Shown here in pieces: positions 53,812 to 63,800 of a stretch of DNA of 64,000 nt (within the stretch, counting starts at the first letter, position 1; each line of letters starts with the position of its first letter). Made by a program: the position numbers and the translations under genes. Origin of the DNA: Nitrosopumilaceae archaeon (GTDB taxonomy: Archaea; Thermoproteota; Nitrososphaeria; Nitrososphaerales; Nitrosopumilaceae); NCBI GenBank assembly GCA_965214835.1, contig CBDCCK010000002.1, positions 2,080,001 to 2,144,000 on the forward strand, written 5' to 3'. The notes beneath the pieces are model-generated. The model saw nothing but the letters and a program-made list of their open reading frames with translations. It made no database searches and was not told the origin of the DNA.

Positions 53812-54219
53812 ATGGACTGCATATTTTGCAGGATTGCAGGCGGCAAGATTCCTGCAAGGATACTGTACGAATCCAACAGCGTTATGGCGTTTTTGGACGC
53901 GTTTCCACTGGCAAGGGGGCACTCCCTTGTAATTCCCAGGCGGCATTTTGAGAGGATCCAGGACATGCCTCCTGATGTAAGCTCTGCAGTCTTTGAAGTC
54001 GTCCGCAGGTTGGCATCCGGGGTTGATGCCGTTGCCGGCTCCACGCTGGTCGCTGTCCATAACGGACGGGGAAGCGGCCAGGAGGTTCCTCACGTCCACG
54101 TACACCTGATTCCCAGGGGACCTGATGATGGTGCAGGCACGGTGCACACCATGTTCAAAAACAGCGTCGAGCTAGATGACTCTGACCTTGCCTGCATCCA
54201 GGATGCCCTGAGGCTCTAG
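53812..54219 (+). CDS. HIT-family hydrolase
   Basis: CIFC, GH.LVIP, HVHVHLIP. Confidence 0.95.
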   Translation: MDCIFCRIAGGKIPARILYESNSVMAFLDAFPLARGHSLVIPRRHFERIQDMPPDVSSAVFEVVRRLASGVDAVAGSTLVAVHNGRGSGQEVPHVHVHLIPRGPDDGAGTVHTMFKNSVELDDSDLACIQDALRL

Positions 54220-54881
54220 TGCGGGTATAGACGTTCCCTGGTGTCGCTGTTTTTGACGTTTATGGCTCTGGTCGGGCATGTCTCTGCTGCATTCATGATC
54301 TTGTTGATGCCCGCGCCCCGTCTGTTGATTACCCTGGATTTCGGGTTGGTTTGGGACTTTTTATCGATGTGAAAGACCTCTGGCGCGATGATCTCGCAGC
54401 TGCAGCACCCTATGCACAGGCTGGGATCCACGTCCACCAGCAGATCCGGCTGCTCCTTGGGCTCCTTTGTCTTGTCAAACTCCCCGTTTTGCCCGTCTGC
54501 ATTTACGGTCCTGTCGTACTCATCCCAGAACTTTCTTTCGTATTCTTTCCACCACTCGGGGTCTCCCTCCTCGAACCCCCGTGTGAACTTGCCCCAGTCC
54601 TGCTCCGGGGGATCCCCTCTTGGCGGTGCACCCCACGGTGACTGCGGCTTTGGCCTCCGGCGCGTCTTTTCTGTAGCGGTCGCCTTTTTTCCATTTTTAT
54701 GAAAGTCCTTTAGGACGTTGTAGGCCTCGGTGACCCTCTTGAACTTCATGCCGTCCTTTGACTCCTTGTTTTTATCCGGATGTGACTCTAGGGCCAGCCT
54801 CCTGTATGCGTCTCTGATTTCATCTAGGGTCGCGTCGCTTTGCAGCTGCAACGTCTGGTATGCCTGACTCGTGTTCACCAC
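54216..54881 (-). CDS. DnaJ-domain/ferredoxin fusion
   Basis: HPD motif; CIGCCSC...CP. Confidence 0.92.
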   Translation of the reverse strand: MVNTSQAYQTLQLQSDATLDEIRDAYRRLALESHPDKNKESKDGMKFKRVTEAYNVLKDFHKNGKKATATEKTRRRPKPQSPWGAPPRGDPPEQDWGKFTRGFEEGDPEWWKEYERKFWDEYDRTVNADGQNGEFDKTKEPKEQPDLLVDVDPSLCIGCCSCEIIAPEVFHIDKKSQTNPKSRVINRRGAGINKIMNAAETCPTRAINVKNSDTRERLYPH

Positions 54882-55208
54882 CTTTCCAGTCTTCTTACTG
54901 TTTTAAAAACAATGTCTATTCTACGACCTCCTTGCCCTCGACTATCCACGCCAGCTTGACTATGCATAGAAGCCTTGTCTCTGGCCACCGTAAGGCACAC
55001 AAGGCGGCACCTAGTGCCTTCTATCCTACCGTTCTTGCCGTCATGTAGGACTCGGCCGTGCTGGTGCCCGGCCTCCTGTGTCATACCTTGTGGGTCATCT
55101 TCGGTAAGAGCTTGCACGCTCCAAAAGACACAGCGTGATGGGCAGGTGATCAAGGGTTTTGTCTTGGCATCAAAAACTATTGGGCTGCTCACCTCCATAG
55201 ATCTAGCT

Positions 55209-55299
55209 GTACGAGGTCACCTACCCCACAAATCAGGCACGAATTGGCATGTACAATTGTGATTTCCATGCCTAGCCAGCAAGGGACGTGACCACATAC
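55209..55299. mobile_element. IS66-like MITE family A
   Basis: TIR GTACGAGGTCAC/GTGACCACATAC; 8-bp TSD ATCTAGCT. Confidence 0.9.
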
Positions 55300-55476
55300 A
55301 TCTAGCTGATCAGAAAAACCACACAACATCAGATCCTCAACTCTCTAGGCGTAAAACATTCATCCAAATTTCCTGTTCACGCCTGATTTTACGGATGATC
55401 TGACGTTGTACAATCATTATAAGATACTAGCCTTCTGCGTCCTCAAACCCCCCAATACCGCCTATTGACAGCCTTT

Positions 55477-55935
55477 TCATTTTATGATGCCTGTCGCTCT
55501 GCCCTTGAAGTCAGACTCATACCATGTCGTCTTGTACTCTGCGTTTTTTCTAGGCGGGATGTTGACTGCAATGTGCGCAAAGGTCTTCCGGGTGCTCGTA
55601 GAGCCATGCGTGTGCAGCTGCCTTGCGGGGATGTATGCTGTGTCTCCTTTTTTTAGCGAGATTTTCTGCGTCCTTTTGATGCCAAAGCTGTCATTTTTAC
55701 CCCCATGCCTTTTGAACAGCTCCAGGCTACCTGGGCCCTCTGTTACAATGAGAACTTGGCCACCGTTGTGCCAGTGAAGCTTGGTCCTTGAACCCTTTTC
55801 AAAGTAAACGTGGTACATCTTATGCTCGGTGATTTTCAGCGCCTCTCCGATATCCCTCATGCGTGTCTTTGCAGTAAACCAGTCCGGATTGATTCTTCTC
55901 TGACTTCCTCCTGCGTAAATATTGATTTTGTCCAT
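55477..55935 (-). CDS. cupin-domain protein
   Basis: HWH..GQ.L.V..G, GD...IP....HTHG. Confidence 0.9.
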   Translation of the reverse strand: MDKINIYAGGSQRRINPDWFTAKTRMRDIGEALKITEHKMYHVYFEKGSRTKLHWHNGGQVLIVTEGPGSLELFKRHGGKNDSFGIKRTQKISLKKGDTAYIPARQLHTHGSTSTRKTFAHIAVNIPPRKNAEYKTTWYESDFKGRATGIIK

Positions 55936-55987
55936 AATCTAAGCACATGCATGTATGTGATATACTTAGCTATATACTCGGTTTTCC

Positions 55988-57439
55988 CATCTATGTTAAA
56001 ACGCCCGGGCCCTTTAGCGGTGGCAAGCTGTGTCTCTCTGATCCACGCCTAGTTTGATATGGGCCGCCTTATGGCTTACGCTGGGTACAGGGGTCTGTTC
56101 CCCGTGTGGGAATGGTGCGCATTACTTTGCTGTCTTCTTCCCAGCCTCGGATGGCGGCTCGGATGCTGCTGCAGTAGTAACAGCGGCAGTAGCAGCAGCC
56201 TCTGCCCTGTCCATCTTGAGGCCGTACGTCCTGGGATCGTGTCCGGAGTATGGCGTCTTTGTCACGAGCATGGACCAGATGATCCTGATCATCTTGGTTG
56301 CCACGTACGTCCTGGCCACCATGGACCTTGCGCTGCTCCTCTTCTTGGATCCTGCATGGATCCTTCCCATCCTCTCGTCGTATATGGCAGCCGTCCGCGC
56401 AGCCTGAAGCATCGCCCGGTTGCACCTGTGGTTGGATGTCTTTCTCATCTTGCCGCAGTACTCCCTGTCGCCGGACTGGTGGACGGTCGGACACATGCCG
56501 AACCACGCAACAAGCTTGCCCGGGGTCTTGAATCTGCCAGTATCTCCGATCTCGGAGACCAGCAGCATGGCCGCGAGTCGATCCCCGGAATGCTCATCGG
56601 GATCCTCGCATCCTCGCTGGCGCCGGCCTGTGCGGCTATCTTCGTCTCGATGTCTGCAATCTCCTCCGTGGGCTGCCTGACCCTTCTGGTATGCGCGCCA
56701 AGAACCGCCCCGTCGTTGGGATCATCAGGTGCCATGTCTGTCAGCTGCCTGAGTCCCTTGTCGGAGTACGCGTGTGACGAGTCGATCCTCTCGTAATACC
56801 TGTCCGGGAGGCCGTGGATCCGGTTGATCACGGCCGTCCTAGCCTGCACGGGGCCGATCCTGCAGCGCATCAGCTCCATGACGCTCCAGAGTCCGGGCGG
56901 TGCCACGTAGCACTTGGGAACCATTCCGGCCCTCAGGGCGTTTGTGAGCCTTCTTGCGTCGATTGGATCAGTCTTTACGTCAATGTCCGAGATTATCCGC
57001 ATCCTGTAGGTGTTGGCAAGCTTGACGGGTATTCCTGCGGACTAGAATGCCTCGTAGGTCTTGAGCCACATGTTGCCTGCGGACTCGCAGACGGCCTGGC
57101 AGTTCCTTCCGTAATTGAGCCTTGTCTTCCTGGCAAACAGGCCCGCCCTCCTTGGAGGTGTTCTCGTATGCCGTCTCTTCTTGGATCCTCTTTTTGTCGT
57201 CCATAATGCACGCTATGCGTTTTCTCTTTCCAATGTCTATTCCTATGCTGCATTACATCTTTTCTCGTCTTCCTTTTTTTGTGGTTCAGAGGCTGCACAC
57301 GTCCATCAGCACGCCGTGGTGCACGAACACTGCAGCTCGGAATTACCGCATTCAGAAGTCAGCGCGCGGGGTGCATGGGAAGACAGCGGTTGATCCACGT
57401 CACCACTGCTACGGGCCCGGGCGTTTTAACCCGTGTTCA
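55988..57439 (-). mobile_element. IS110-family element, copy 2 (multiply frameshifted recombinase ~56122-57253)
   Basis: GIDIGK, ES.G, KTDPIDA, QSG; subterminal IR TTAAAACGCCCGGGCCC; TG core. Confidence 0.9.
57288..57397 (-). ncRNA. predicted bridge RNA of IS110 copy 2
   Basis: Same two-module layout; target-loop strands GTCTTCCCA and ACTTCTG match its own flanks. Confidence 0.7.
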
Positions 57440-58051
57440 AAAGTTCCCCACAAGACGGCTGCAAACTCGAAACGGTTCAAGCAAGGCTGCCTACAGATCC
57501 GCACACATCCATCTGCACCGCCACGAGTCAGTTACTTCTGGGAGGACTGTAGCTTGGTCTGATCAACGCATCTGCGTTTGGAAAACCTTGCGGAATTTTT
57601 AACCACGGTCGATTACGCAAAGTCTACTTTTCACTTAGCTGACTATAGCGTAGCACGCAGCACGGCTATGCCAGCTCCCACCATTAGGACATCCACGGCA
57701 CTTTCCATCATTTTGTCTACTGTGACTTGATTTAAGGTGTAACTCTTGCCGTTTTTCTGTTGTATGATCAAACGAAAGCGGTTCCGGAATTGGTGGGATC
57801 ATGCGACAGGCAAGCACGTACTAGACTTTTGCAGATGTAATTCGTGCCTAAAATCGTAAATCACCCAAGCCCGATCTGCTGCTGATGTGTGATACCACGC
57901 CTCCTTGGTAGCCATGCATGAAAATCAGTTCCATGCAGCTCGTACCTGGTTGCTAGGTGGAATGAGGCCTAGTGCATTTTGGTTAGGAAATTTAGCATTT
58001 TGTCTAAACAAGCAAAGCTGATCCCTATAAGATCACTTTTCACTTAAAACT

Positions 58052-58225
58052 ATGTCCTTCCAAGAACGGCAGCAGATGAGGAGTATAGACGAGCTAATCC
58101 TCCGGGCCACCCCAGAGGAACTCAAGAAAATCCAGGAGCTAGACGTCTCTACCCAGCTTGACGGCAGGTCGTTTTATGATACGTGTGTAGAGTCAAGGGA
58201 ATCCCCACTTGCCAGATCCAAATAG
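58052..58225 (+). CDS. 57-aa hypothetical protein
   Basis: ...ATPEELKKIQELD..TQLDG.SFYD...; below the ORF-track cutoff. Confidence 0.6.
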   Translation: MSFQERQQMRSIDELILRATPEELKKIQELDVSTQLDGRSFYDTCVESRESPLARSK

Positions 58226-58265
58226 CCATTCTTAGTTTAAATGAGGGAATTTCAGCTTCTTGCAT

Positions 58266-59327
58266 ATGTCTGCCACAAAGGCCGTCAAAAAGACTGCCAA
58301 AAAGACGGCAAAAGGCACCGCCAAAAAGACGGCTTCAAAAAGAGTATCCAAGAAGACCAGAGTCGTCTGCATCTCCCACAAGGAGGATGCAGACGGAATC
58401 AGCTCAGCGGCGCTGATCCGCCAGGCGTTTGGTGGCGACTCTATCCTAGTTGACTATCCGGGACAGATGGATGCCATAGAGCAGGTATCTGGAGATGAGA
58501 GGCTAAAGGCACTGTACATCTGTGATCTGGGCCTCAGCAAAAAGAACCAGGACAGGTTCGTCGAGATCATGGCCGGACTTCGCAAGAGGCGCGTTGCAGT
58601 CACATACATTGACCACCATGACATTGATCCTGCAATCGCCAAGCAGCTAGGTGAGATCAAGGTCAGGATGATCCACGACACCGGCGAGTGCACCGCAGTT
58701 CAGGTGTACGACTCGTACAAGTCAAAGCTGAACGAGCACGCCTCGTTTGTTGCAGCCTGTGCCGCAATTACCGACTACATGGAGGACAGGCCAGTTGGCG
58801 CTAGGTTGCTGCAGGTATATGACAGGCAGTTTGCCTTGATCAACGCCACCGTCCTCACATACAACATCGTGGGGCATCAAAAGGACGAGGACTATCTGAT
58901 GTACCTGGTGGGGGAGCTGGCCGACTCTAAATACCCGCACCAGATTCCAAACTCCTTTGAGTTTGCACAAGTCCAGGTGGAGAGACTGGCAGAGGTCATC
59001 GCCAAGGTCAAAAAGGGGATGAAGAGGATGTCGAACCTGGGCCACATGGAGATTCTGGATGCCGGGGCAAGTGGCGCCGTAAACTTTGTGCTCGGCCTGT
59101 CCGGCAAGGACGTCGGGGTCGCCTACAAGGAAAGGGTTGATCACGGAATCTATGCCGTCTCTGTGCGCGGCTCCAAAGGCTGCAGGATCCACCTTGGAAA
59201 GATCGTCAATGTCCTGGCTGCCGATCTGGGTGGCTCCGGCGGCGGCCACGACAGGGCCTGCGGCGCAGTCATCCCAAAGCCCAAAATCAAGACATTCCTG
59301 AGGGAGTTTAACAAAAAGCTGGGATAG
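58266..59327 (+). CDS. DHH/DHHA1 phosphoesterase (RecJ-like)
   Basis: H..DADG, DHH, SVR, GGGH. Confidence 0.92.
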   Translation: MSATKAVKKTAKKTAKGTAKKTASKRVSKKTRVVCISHKEDADGISSAALIRQAFGGDSILVDYPGQMDAIEQVSGDERLKALYICDLGLSKKNQDRFVEIMAGLRKRRVAVTYIDHHDIDPAIAKQLGEIKVRMIHDTGECTAVQVYDSYKSKLNEHASFVAACAAITDYMEDRPVGARLLQVYDRQFALINATVLTYNIVGHQKDEDYLMYLVGELADSKYPHQIPNSFEFAQVQVERLAEVIAKVKKGMKRMSNLGHMEILDAGASGAVNFVLGLSGKDVGVAYKERVDHGIYAVSVRGSKGCRIHLGKIVNVLAADLGGSGGGHDRACGAVIPKPKIKTFLREFNKKLG

Positions 59328-59396
59328 GTGCACTTAATCTGGGGCGCTTTTTTGTTCGGGACTGCAACTGACGCATCGTATGGGGTTTATGCCCTT

Positions 59397-59495
59397 GGAC
59401 AGGCATGCGCTAACCTGCGTGCAAATGTAATCATATTTGGGATTAAAAGTGGGATCAGAGGAATTGCAGGACAGGCATGCGCTAACCTGCGTGCA
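59397..59495. repeat. 27-bp direct repeat, two copies, 72-bp period
   Basis: GGACAGGCATGCGCTAACCTGCGTGCA at 59397 and 59469. Confidence 0.9.
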
Positions 59496-59570
59496 GCTGC
59501 AATCTTTATGTCTGGTCAGTAGGGATGTGGCCTCATACTTGGATAGGCTCTTACCTACAGGCCACGAATA

Positions 59571-60016
59571 GTCTGTTGAGTACATGATAAAAACACCCCA
59601 CTGTAGTCAGGGTGCTGGATCAGCCCCCACCATGCACGTGCTTCGCGCACTATCTGTTGAATGGGGCAGTCAGAGCTGCTGTGTTACTGTGCTTTACGTA
59701 CTGGTAGATGACTGCAGCTTTTGGTACATCAAGACTAGGCGGAAAGAAACCGTCTGCGATGACTCGCCTCCTGTCCCACCACCCATCCAATGATCTGGGA
59801 GGATATGACATGACCGCACTGGGACAAGGCAGGTGCTATTGCATCGTGCAGCCAGCTAGCTGTAAAGTGGGTCACGATCAAGTAGGCATGGATCAGAGGA
59901 AACTAGGAGCATCGTCGTTTCTGCGATGGGTGTTTTTAACATAGATGCATAACCATGATTTTAGGCACAAAAGATCAGTCACCTTTGCGTGTTCAGGCAC
60001 GGCTATGCAACAAGCG
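59571..60016. mobile_element. IS903-like MITE hosting the IS110 mini-element
   Basis: GTCTGT-TG-CATAACC ... GGCTATGCAACAAGC. Confidence 0.7.
59577..59947 (+). mobile_element. non-autonomous IS110 derivative (left and right ends only), copy 3
   Basis: Colinear with both non-coding ends of copy 1, no recombinase ORF; TG cores and subterminal IRs. Confidence 0.88.
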
Positions 60017-60142
60017 TAAGGTGCGAGATCATGCCTCCACTATGAATCGATAAACGTTGATGCCTGTACCTGTAAGCGCACGTACGATATTCCGGTATGC
60101 ATACCTGCCAATACGGATATACAAGTAGGCGGGTCGGACGAC

Positions 60143-60700
60143 ATGACGGTTCGGCCGCAGGTACCAGTAGAGCCCCCGACTCCGGTTCTGCAGCCTGAGC
60201 CCGAGCCGGAACCAGAACCTGAACCCGAGCCACAGGTGCCTGTCGAGCCCCAGACCTCGGTACAACCGGATCCTAGGCCCCATGCCGCCTCGGAACCGGG
60301 AGGCACATGCCTGATAGCGACTGCCGCATACGGGATCAAGCTGGCGCCGCAGGTGCAGGCACTCGGAGATACGCGACAGTGCACTGCTCTCGACGGGCTC
60401 GGGCGCCTCCTTTGTTGCTGGATTCAACTCCATATACTATTCGTTCTCGTCGGCAGTAGCCGGCCTGGAGAGCCAGAACCCGGCATTTCGCGAGGCCGTA
60501 AGGGTGCTTGTGACCTCAATGATATCGACGCTGTCGATAATGTCGCTTGCTGAGGAGGGCTCAGATGCATCGGTACTGGCGCTGGGAGCCTCAGTTTGCC
60601 CTCAATATCGGCATGTGTGTAGCAGTGCCTGCAGCCGCCATCGTGGCTGTCCGGCGGCTGCGGGACTAAAGTCTGCCGATCACCGAACGGTATGGGTGCA
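60143..60700 (+). pseudogene. surface-protein C-terminal remnant (PE-rich linker, CFI-box-CTERM-like)
   Basis: PEPEPE..GGTCLIATAAYG..LAPQVQ followed by frameshifts. Confidence 0.8.
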
Positions 60701-60963
60701 TTGCATCCTCTGCAAAGAAAAACAATGCATAAAGAGAATCGTTTTGCACTATTTTGATGCCTTGTGCTAGAAGATGGCTTGCTAGAGCCTCCAATACAAT
60801 CCTCCCACGTCTGTACCACATTCAAAACGGTGATGCCTAAAAAAACATCCAGACTGCGTTTTTGCATCGCCACTAGGCGGATGCTCCTGGCACCTTTCAG
60901 AGAAATCTGACCGGGCCCAGACATGTGCCGTTTTGGCAGCGCAGCTCCCTGCCCGGATCGCGT

Positions 60964-61416
60964 TTATTCTACCTCGACTATGGCATCAATCTCTGTCATT
61001 GAATCAAGCGGCAGGCTGGCAACCCCCACTGCGATTCTGGAGTGCCTTGCGGCCTCCCCGAACACATCAAACAGGAGGTCCGATGCTGCGTTGATCACCT
61101 TTGGATGCTGGCAAAACTCCGGATCCGAGTTTACAAACCCCGAAATCCTGACTATCTGTCTTACTTTGTCTAGGCTTCCAAGGTTTGCCTTTAGCTGGGA
61201 CAGGATGTTTATGGCGCAAATCCTTGCAGACCTTCTTGCATCCTCGATATTCTCATCGGTGACCTTTCCTGCAAATGCAACTCTTCCGTCCTGTAGCGGT
61301 ATCTGTCCTGACAAAAACACCAGATTCCCGACCCTGACGGCCGGAACGTAAGAGCCTGCAGGCGCGGGAGGGACAGGCAGTACAATTCCCAGCTCTGATA
61401 TCTTTTTCTCATACAT
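60964..61416 (-). CDS. RidA/YjgF-family protein
   Basis: YVP, SGQIP, N.AS, HSR.A.GV..LP. Confidence 0.92.
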   Translation of the reverse strand: MYEKKISELGIVLPVPPAPAGSYVPAVRVGNLVFLSGQIPLQDGRVAFAGKVTDENIEDARRSARICAINILSQLKANLGSLDKVRQIVRISGFVNSDPEFCQHPKVINAASDLLFDVFGEAARHSRIAVGVASLPLDSMTEIDAIVEVE

Positions 61417-61451
61417 GACAAGCCTTCAAAGACCCGGCTTTTAGTTTTTAC

Positions 61452-62627
61452 CTATTTGAGAATCTTGATGTGAACCCTCTCTCCCCTCTGGCTGTTGTTC
61501 TGGTACGCCAGGCGTGTCTTGTAGCCATGCCTCCTGAGATACTCATCAAGGATACCTGCCCATGGCAGGGAATGCCCGCTGTTCAGCTTGGATTCCACCG
61601 TTATGCTCTTGTTTTTGGTATCGAGGCTGGCATGTCCAGAGCACACTATTCGTAGTGCCGAGTCGATGATCTCGATTACGTCGTCTATGGTTTTTCCCTC
61701 AAGGCTGATTCCATTTTTCTCAAGCAGCCCAAGGATTGCACGCCCGTTGCTCTTTGTAGCGGTGGTGTTTAGGACGTGGCCCAGTCCGTTCTCCTCCACC
61801 ATCTTGATCATCTTGTAGATCTCCTGCGATTCTGCCTTTGTCATGTCTGCCACCGGCTCCGTCTTTAGCCCCGATCTCCACGCGTGATTGAACAGCCTGG
61901 TCTGGCTTGCAGCCAGAATGTCCGTTGATGAAAACGTGGCACCCATGCCATTCTCACTGTCTATGAATAACACCTCACTTTGATCAAACACGAGGCAGTT
62001 CTGACCGGTCTCTGCCACCTTGATTTTTATCCCATCCGGGATCTTCTTAAACGCCTCGGAGCCCAACTGGCCTGCCGGCATTATGATCTTGATATCAAGG
62101 CTGCGCCGTGCAACTGCGACCAGCTGCTCCCTGCACTCTGATAGCAGGCCCAGCCCCCACTGATCCACTGCCAGAAGCATTGACTCCTTGGAGCCCTCGA
62201 TCATCTGCCCTATCTGGCCGAGGACGCTGTTTGCAGCAATGTGGAGGTATCTCCTCTCCTCTGCGCCACGCGCCTTTTTGCTCTCCTCGCTTGCCTGCTT
62301 GAGGCTTGATACGAGGGAATTCATCGCATTAACCTTGTCGATTTGCTCATGTATTGCCTCGTCAAACGCATCCTCCGGGGATACTGCCGTACACATTATG
62401 GGTTTGCTCCTAGACAGCATGACCAGCTTTTTCTTTTCTAGCTTGAGCAGCGTAGGGTACGCCTTGGTTCTGGGAATCTCCGCATAGTAGGCAAGCTCTC
62501 CTGCCGAAACGGTACCCTTTGAGATCAGCGTAACATACGCCTTGGCCTCGTACCTGCTCAGGCCGAACTCCTCCAGGCTTACCGTCAGTGCTTGCTCCTT
62601 GGCCACGCTATATCTTGCCCCCTGCAT
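61452..62627 (-). CDS. TrmB-family transcriptional regulator
   Basis: FGLS.YEAKAY..L, IPRTKAY..L..L. Confidence 0.9.
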   Translation of the reverse strand: MQGARYSVAKEQALTVSLEEFGLSRYEAKAYVTLISKGTVSAGELAYYAEIPRTKAYPTLLKLEKKKLVMLSRSKPIMCTAVSPEDAFDEAIHEQIDKVNAMNSLVSSLKQASEESKKARGAEERRYLHIAANSVLGQIGQMIEGSKESMLLAVDQWGLGLLSECREQLVAVARRSLDIKIIMPAGQLGSEAFKKIPDGIKIKVAETGQNCLVFDQSEVLFIDSENGMGATFSSTDILAASQTRLFNHAWRSGLKTEPVADMTKAESQEIYKMIKMVEENGLGHVLNTTATKSNGRAILGLLEKNGISLEGKTIDDVIEIIDSALRIVCSGHASLDTKNKSITVESKLNSGHSLPWAGILDEYLRRHGYKTRLAYQNNSQRGERVHIKILK

Positions 62628-62762
62628 AGGTAAAACTAGGAGCTAAAATCCTTTGCATAACTACTCAAAAAAATTACAAGACGTAACCCCAGCATCGTGT
62701 CACCGCGGTTACCCCGATCCCCGATACGCGAGCCTGATATACAAAACCCCGGACTCCAGTCC

Positions 62763-63323
62763 ATGTCTGGGAATACCTGCCGGGTCACGGTAATCTCGCG
62801 GGAGGAGATCCCGCATGCGGGCACCCTGCGGCCCCGGCTTGACTCCTCCTTGAGGCTAATCGGGTCGATAATCATTGAATTGGAGGACAAAAGGCGCGAT
62901 GTTGCAAAAGTCAACGACGTGCTTCTTTGCAGTGGCGAGCATGGATCACTTGAGGACGGCCTGTCTGATGAGCGTCTGGTGTGCCAGGCGATCATCGCAC
63001 TAGGCGCCATCCGGTCCAAGATCAGCGGCCTGTCTGCGCTGTCTGCAATTCCGGCCGCCCTGGCACCCGCGGTTCCCGCGGTTCGGGCCCTAAGCTCCGG
63101 CCTGTTTGGACTGGCGCCCGAATCCAGCCAGAGGCTGTGTGAGCTGTCCGTTGGCCTGGGAAGCATAGTGGTGGATTCGGCGTTCCTTACAGGCACCAGC
63201 TGCAATTTCGGGCTATCCAATGCCGAATCCGGCCGCCTGTTAGATGAAGCAAAGTTGATGGCCGACTCTAAAATAGACAAACAGCATCCTAATCTAGAAG
63301 GCACCAAAACAAACAGCACTTGA
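62763..63323 (+). CDS. hypothetical helical protein
   Basis: Long ORF coupled to the next; start uncertain. Confidence 0.6.
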   Translation: MSGNTCRVTVISREEIPHAGTLRPRLDSSLRLIGSIIIELEDKRRDVAKVNDVLLCSGEHGSLEDGLSDERLVCQAIIALGAIRSKISGLSALSAIPAALAPAVPAVRALSSGLFGLAPESSQRLCELSVGLGSIVVDSAFLTGTSCNFGLSNAESGRLLDEAKLMADSKIDKQHPNLEGTKTNST

Positions 63324-63721
63324 CTATTCTATCCCCTAGGCGCAATCTTAAAAAAGACCTGGAGAAGGTAAGGCAGCTATCCTCCAAAATCGAGGGCAGG
63401 CTGCACGAATCCGGCCAATCAAGGATTGACCGCCTCTCCCAGGAACAGCTCCGGGATCTCGGCGAGATCCTGAGGCTGGCCGACTATATCCTTACAAAGC
63501 ACGAGGACAAAAAGGACCTGCATGACCTGCTCGGGGAGTTCGTGGCCATGATCAGGGACTCTGCGGGCTCAATCGACGAGATTGACTCTGACATCGACGA
63601 GCTTGTACTGTCTGCTGAGGCGTCCATATCACTCATCCGGGACGCCCAGACCCGGGTGGCCGAGAAGACCGACTTTGACGGGGCCCCGCGCGGACACAAG
63701 GGCAGCCTGGATCAGGTGTAA
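63320..63721 (+). CDS. hypothetical coiled-coil protein
   Basis: 133-aa ORF upstream of cdvC. Confidence 0.7.
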   Translation: MTILSPRRNLKKDLEKVRQLSSKIEGRLHESGQSRIDRLSQEQLRDLGEILRLADYILTKHEDKKDLHDLLGEFVAMIRDSAGSIDEIDSDIDELVLSAEASISLIRDAQTRVAEKTDFDGAPRGHKGSLDQV

Positions 63722-63800
63722 ATAATTTTACCACTTTTTCGATCCCAGCTTACACCGTAGAATACCAACCCAGATCTACACTACATGCTAGGTAATTTCA

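Noticed and set aside
54216-54881. DnaJ-ferredoxin fusion as a novelty
   Set aside because: Already known from Thaumarchaeota and plants
54875-55198. Minus-strand ORF upstream of dnaJ-ferredoxin
   Set aside because: No recognisable motifs; probably a decayed remnant next to a MITE
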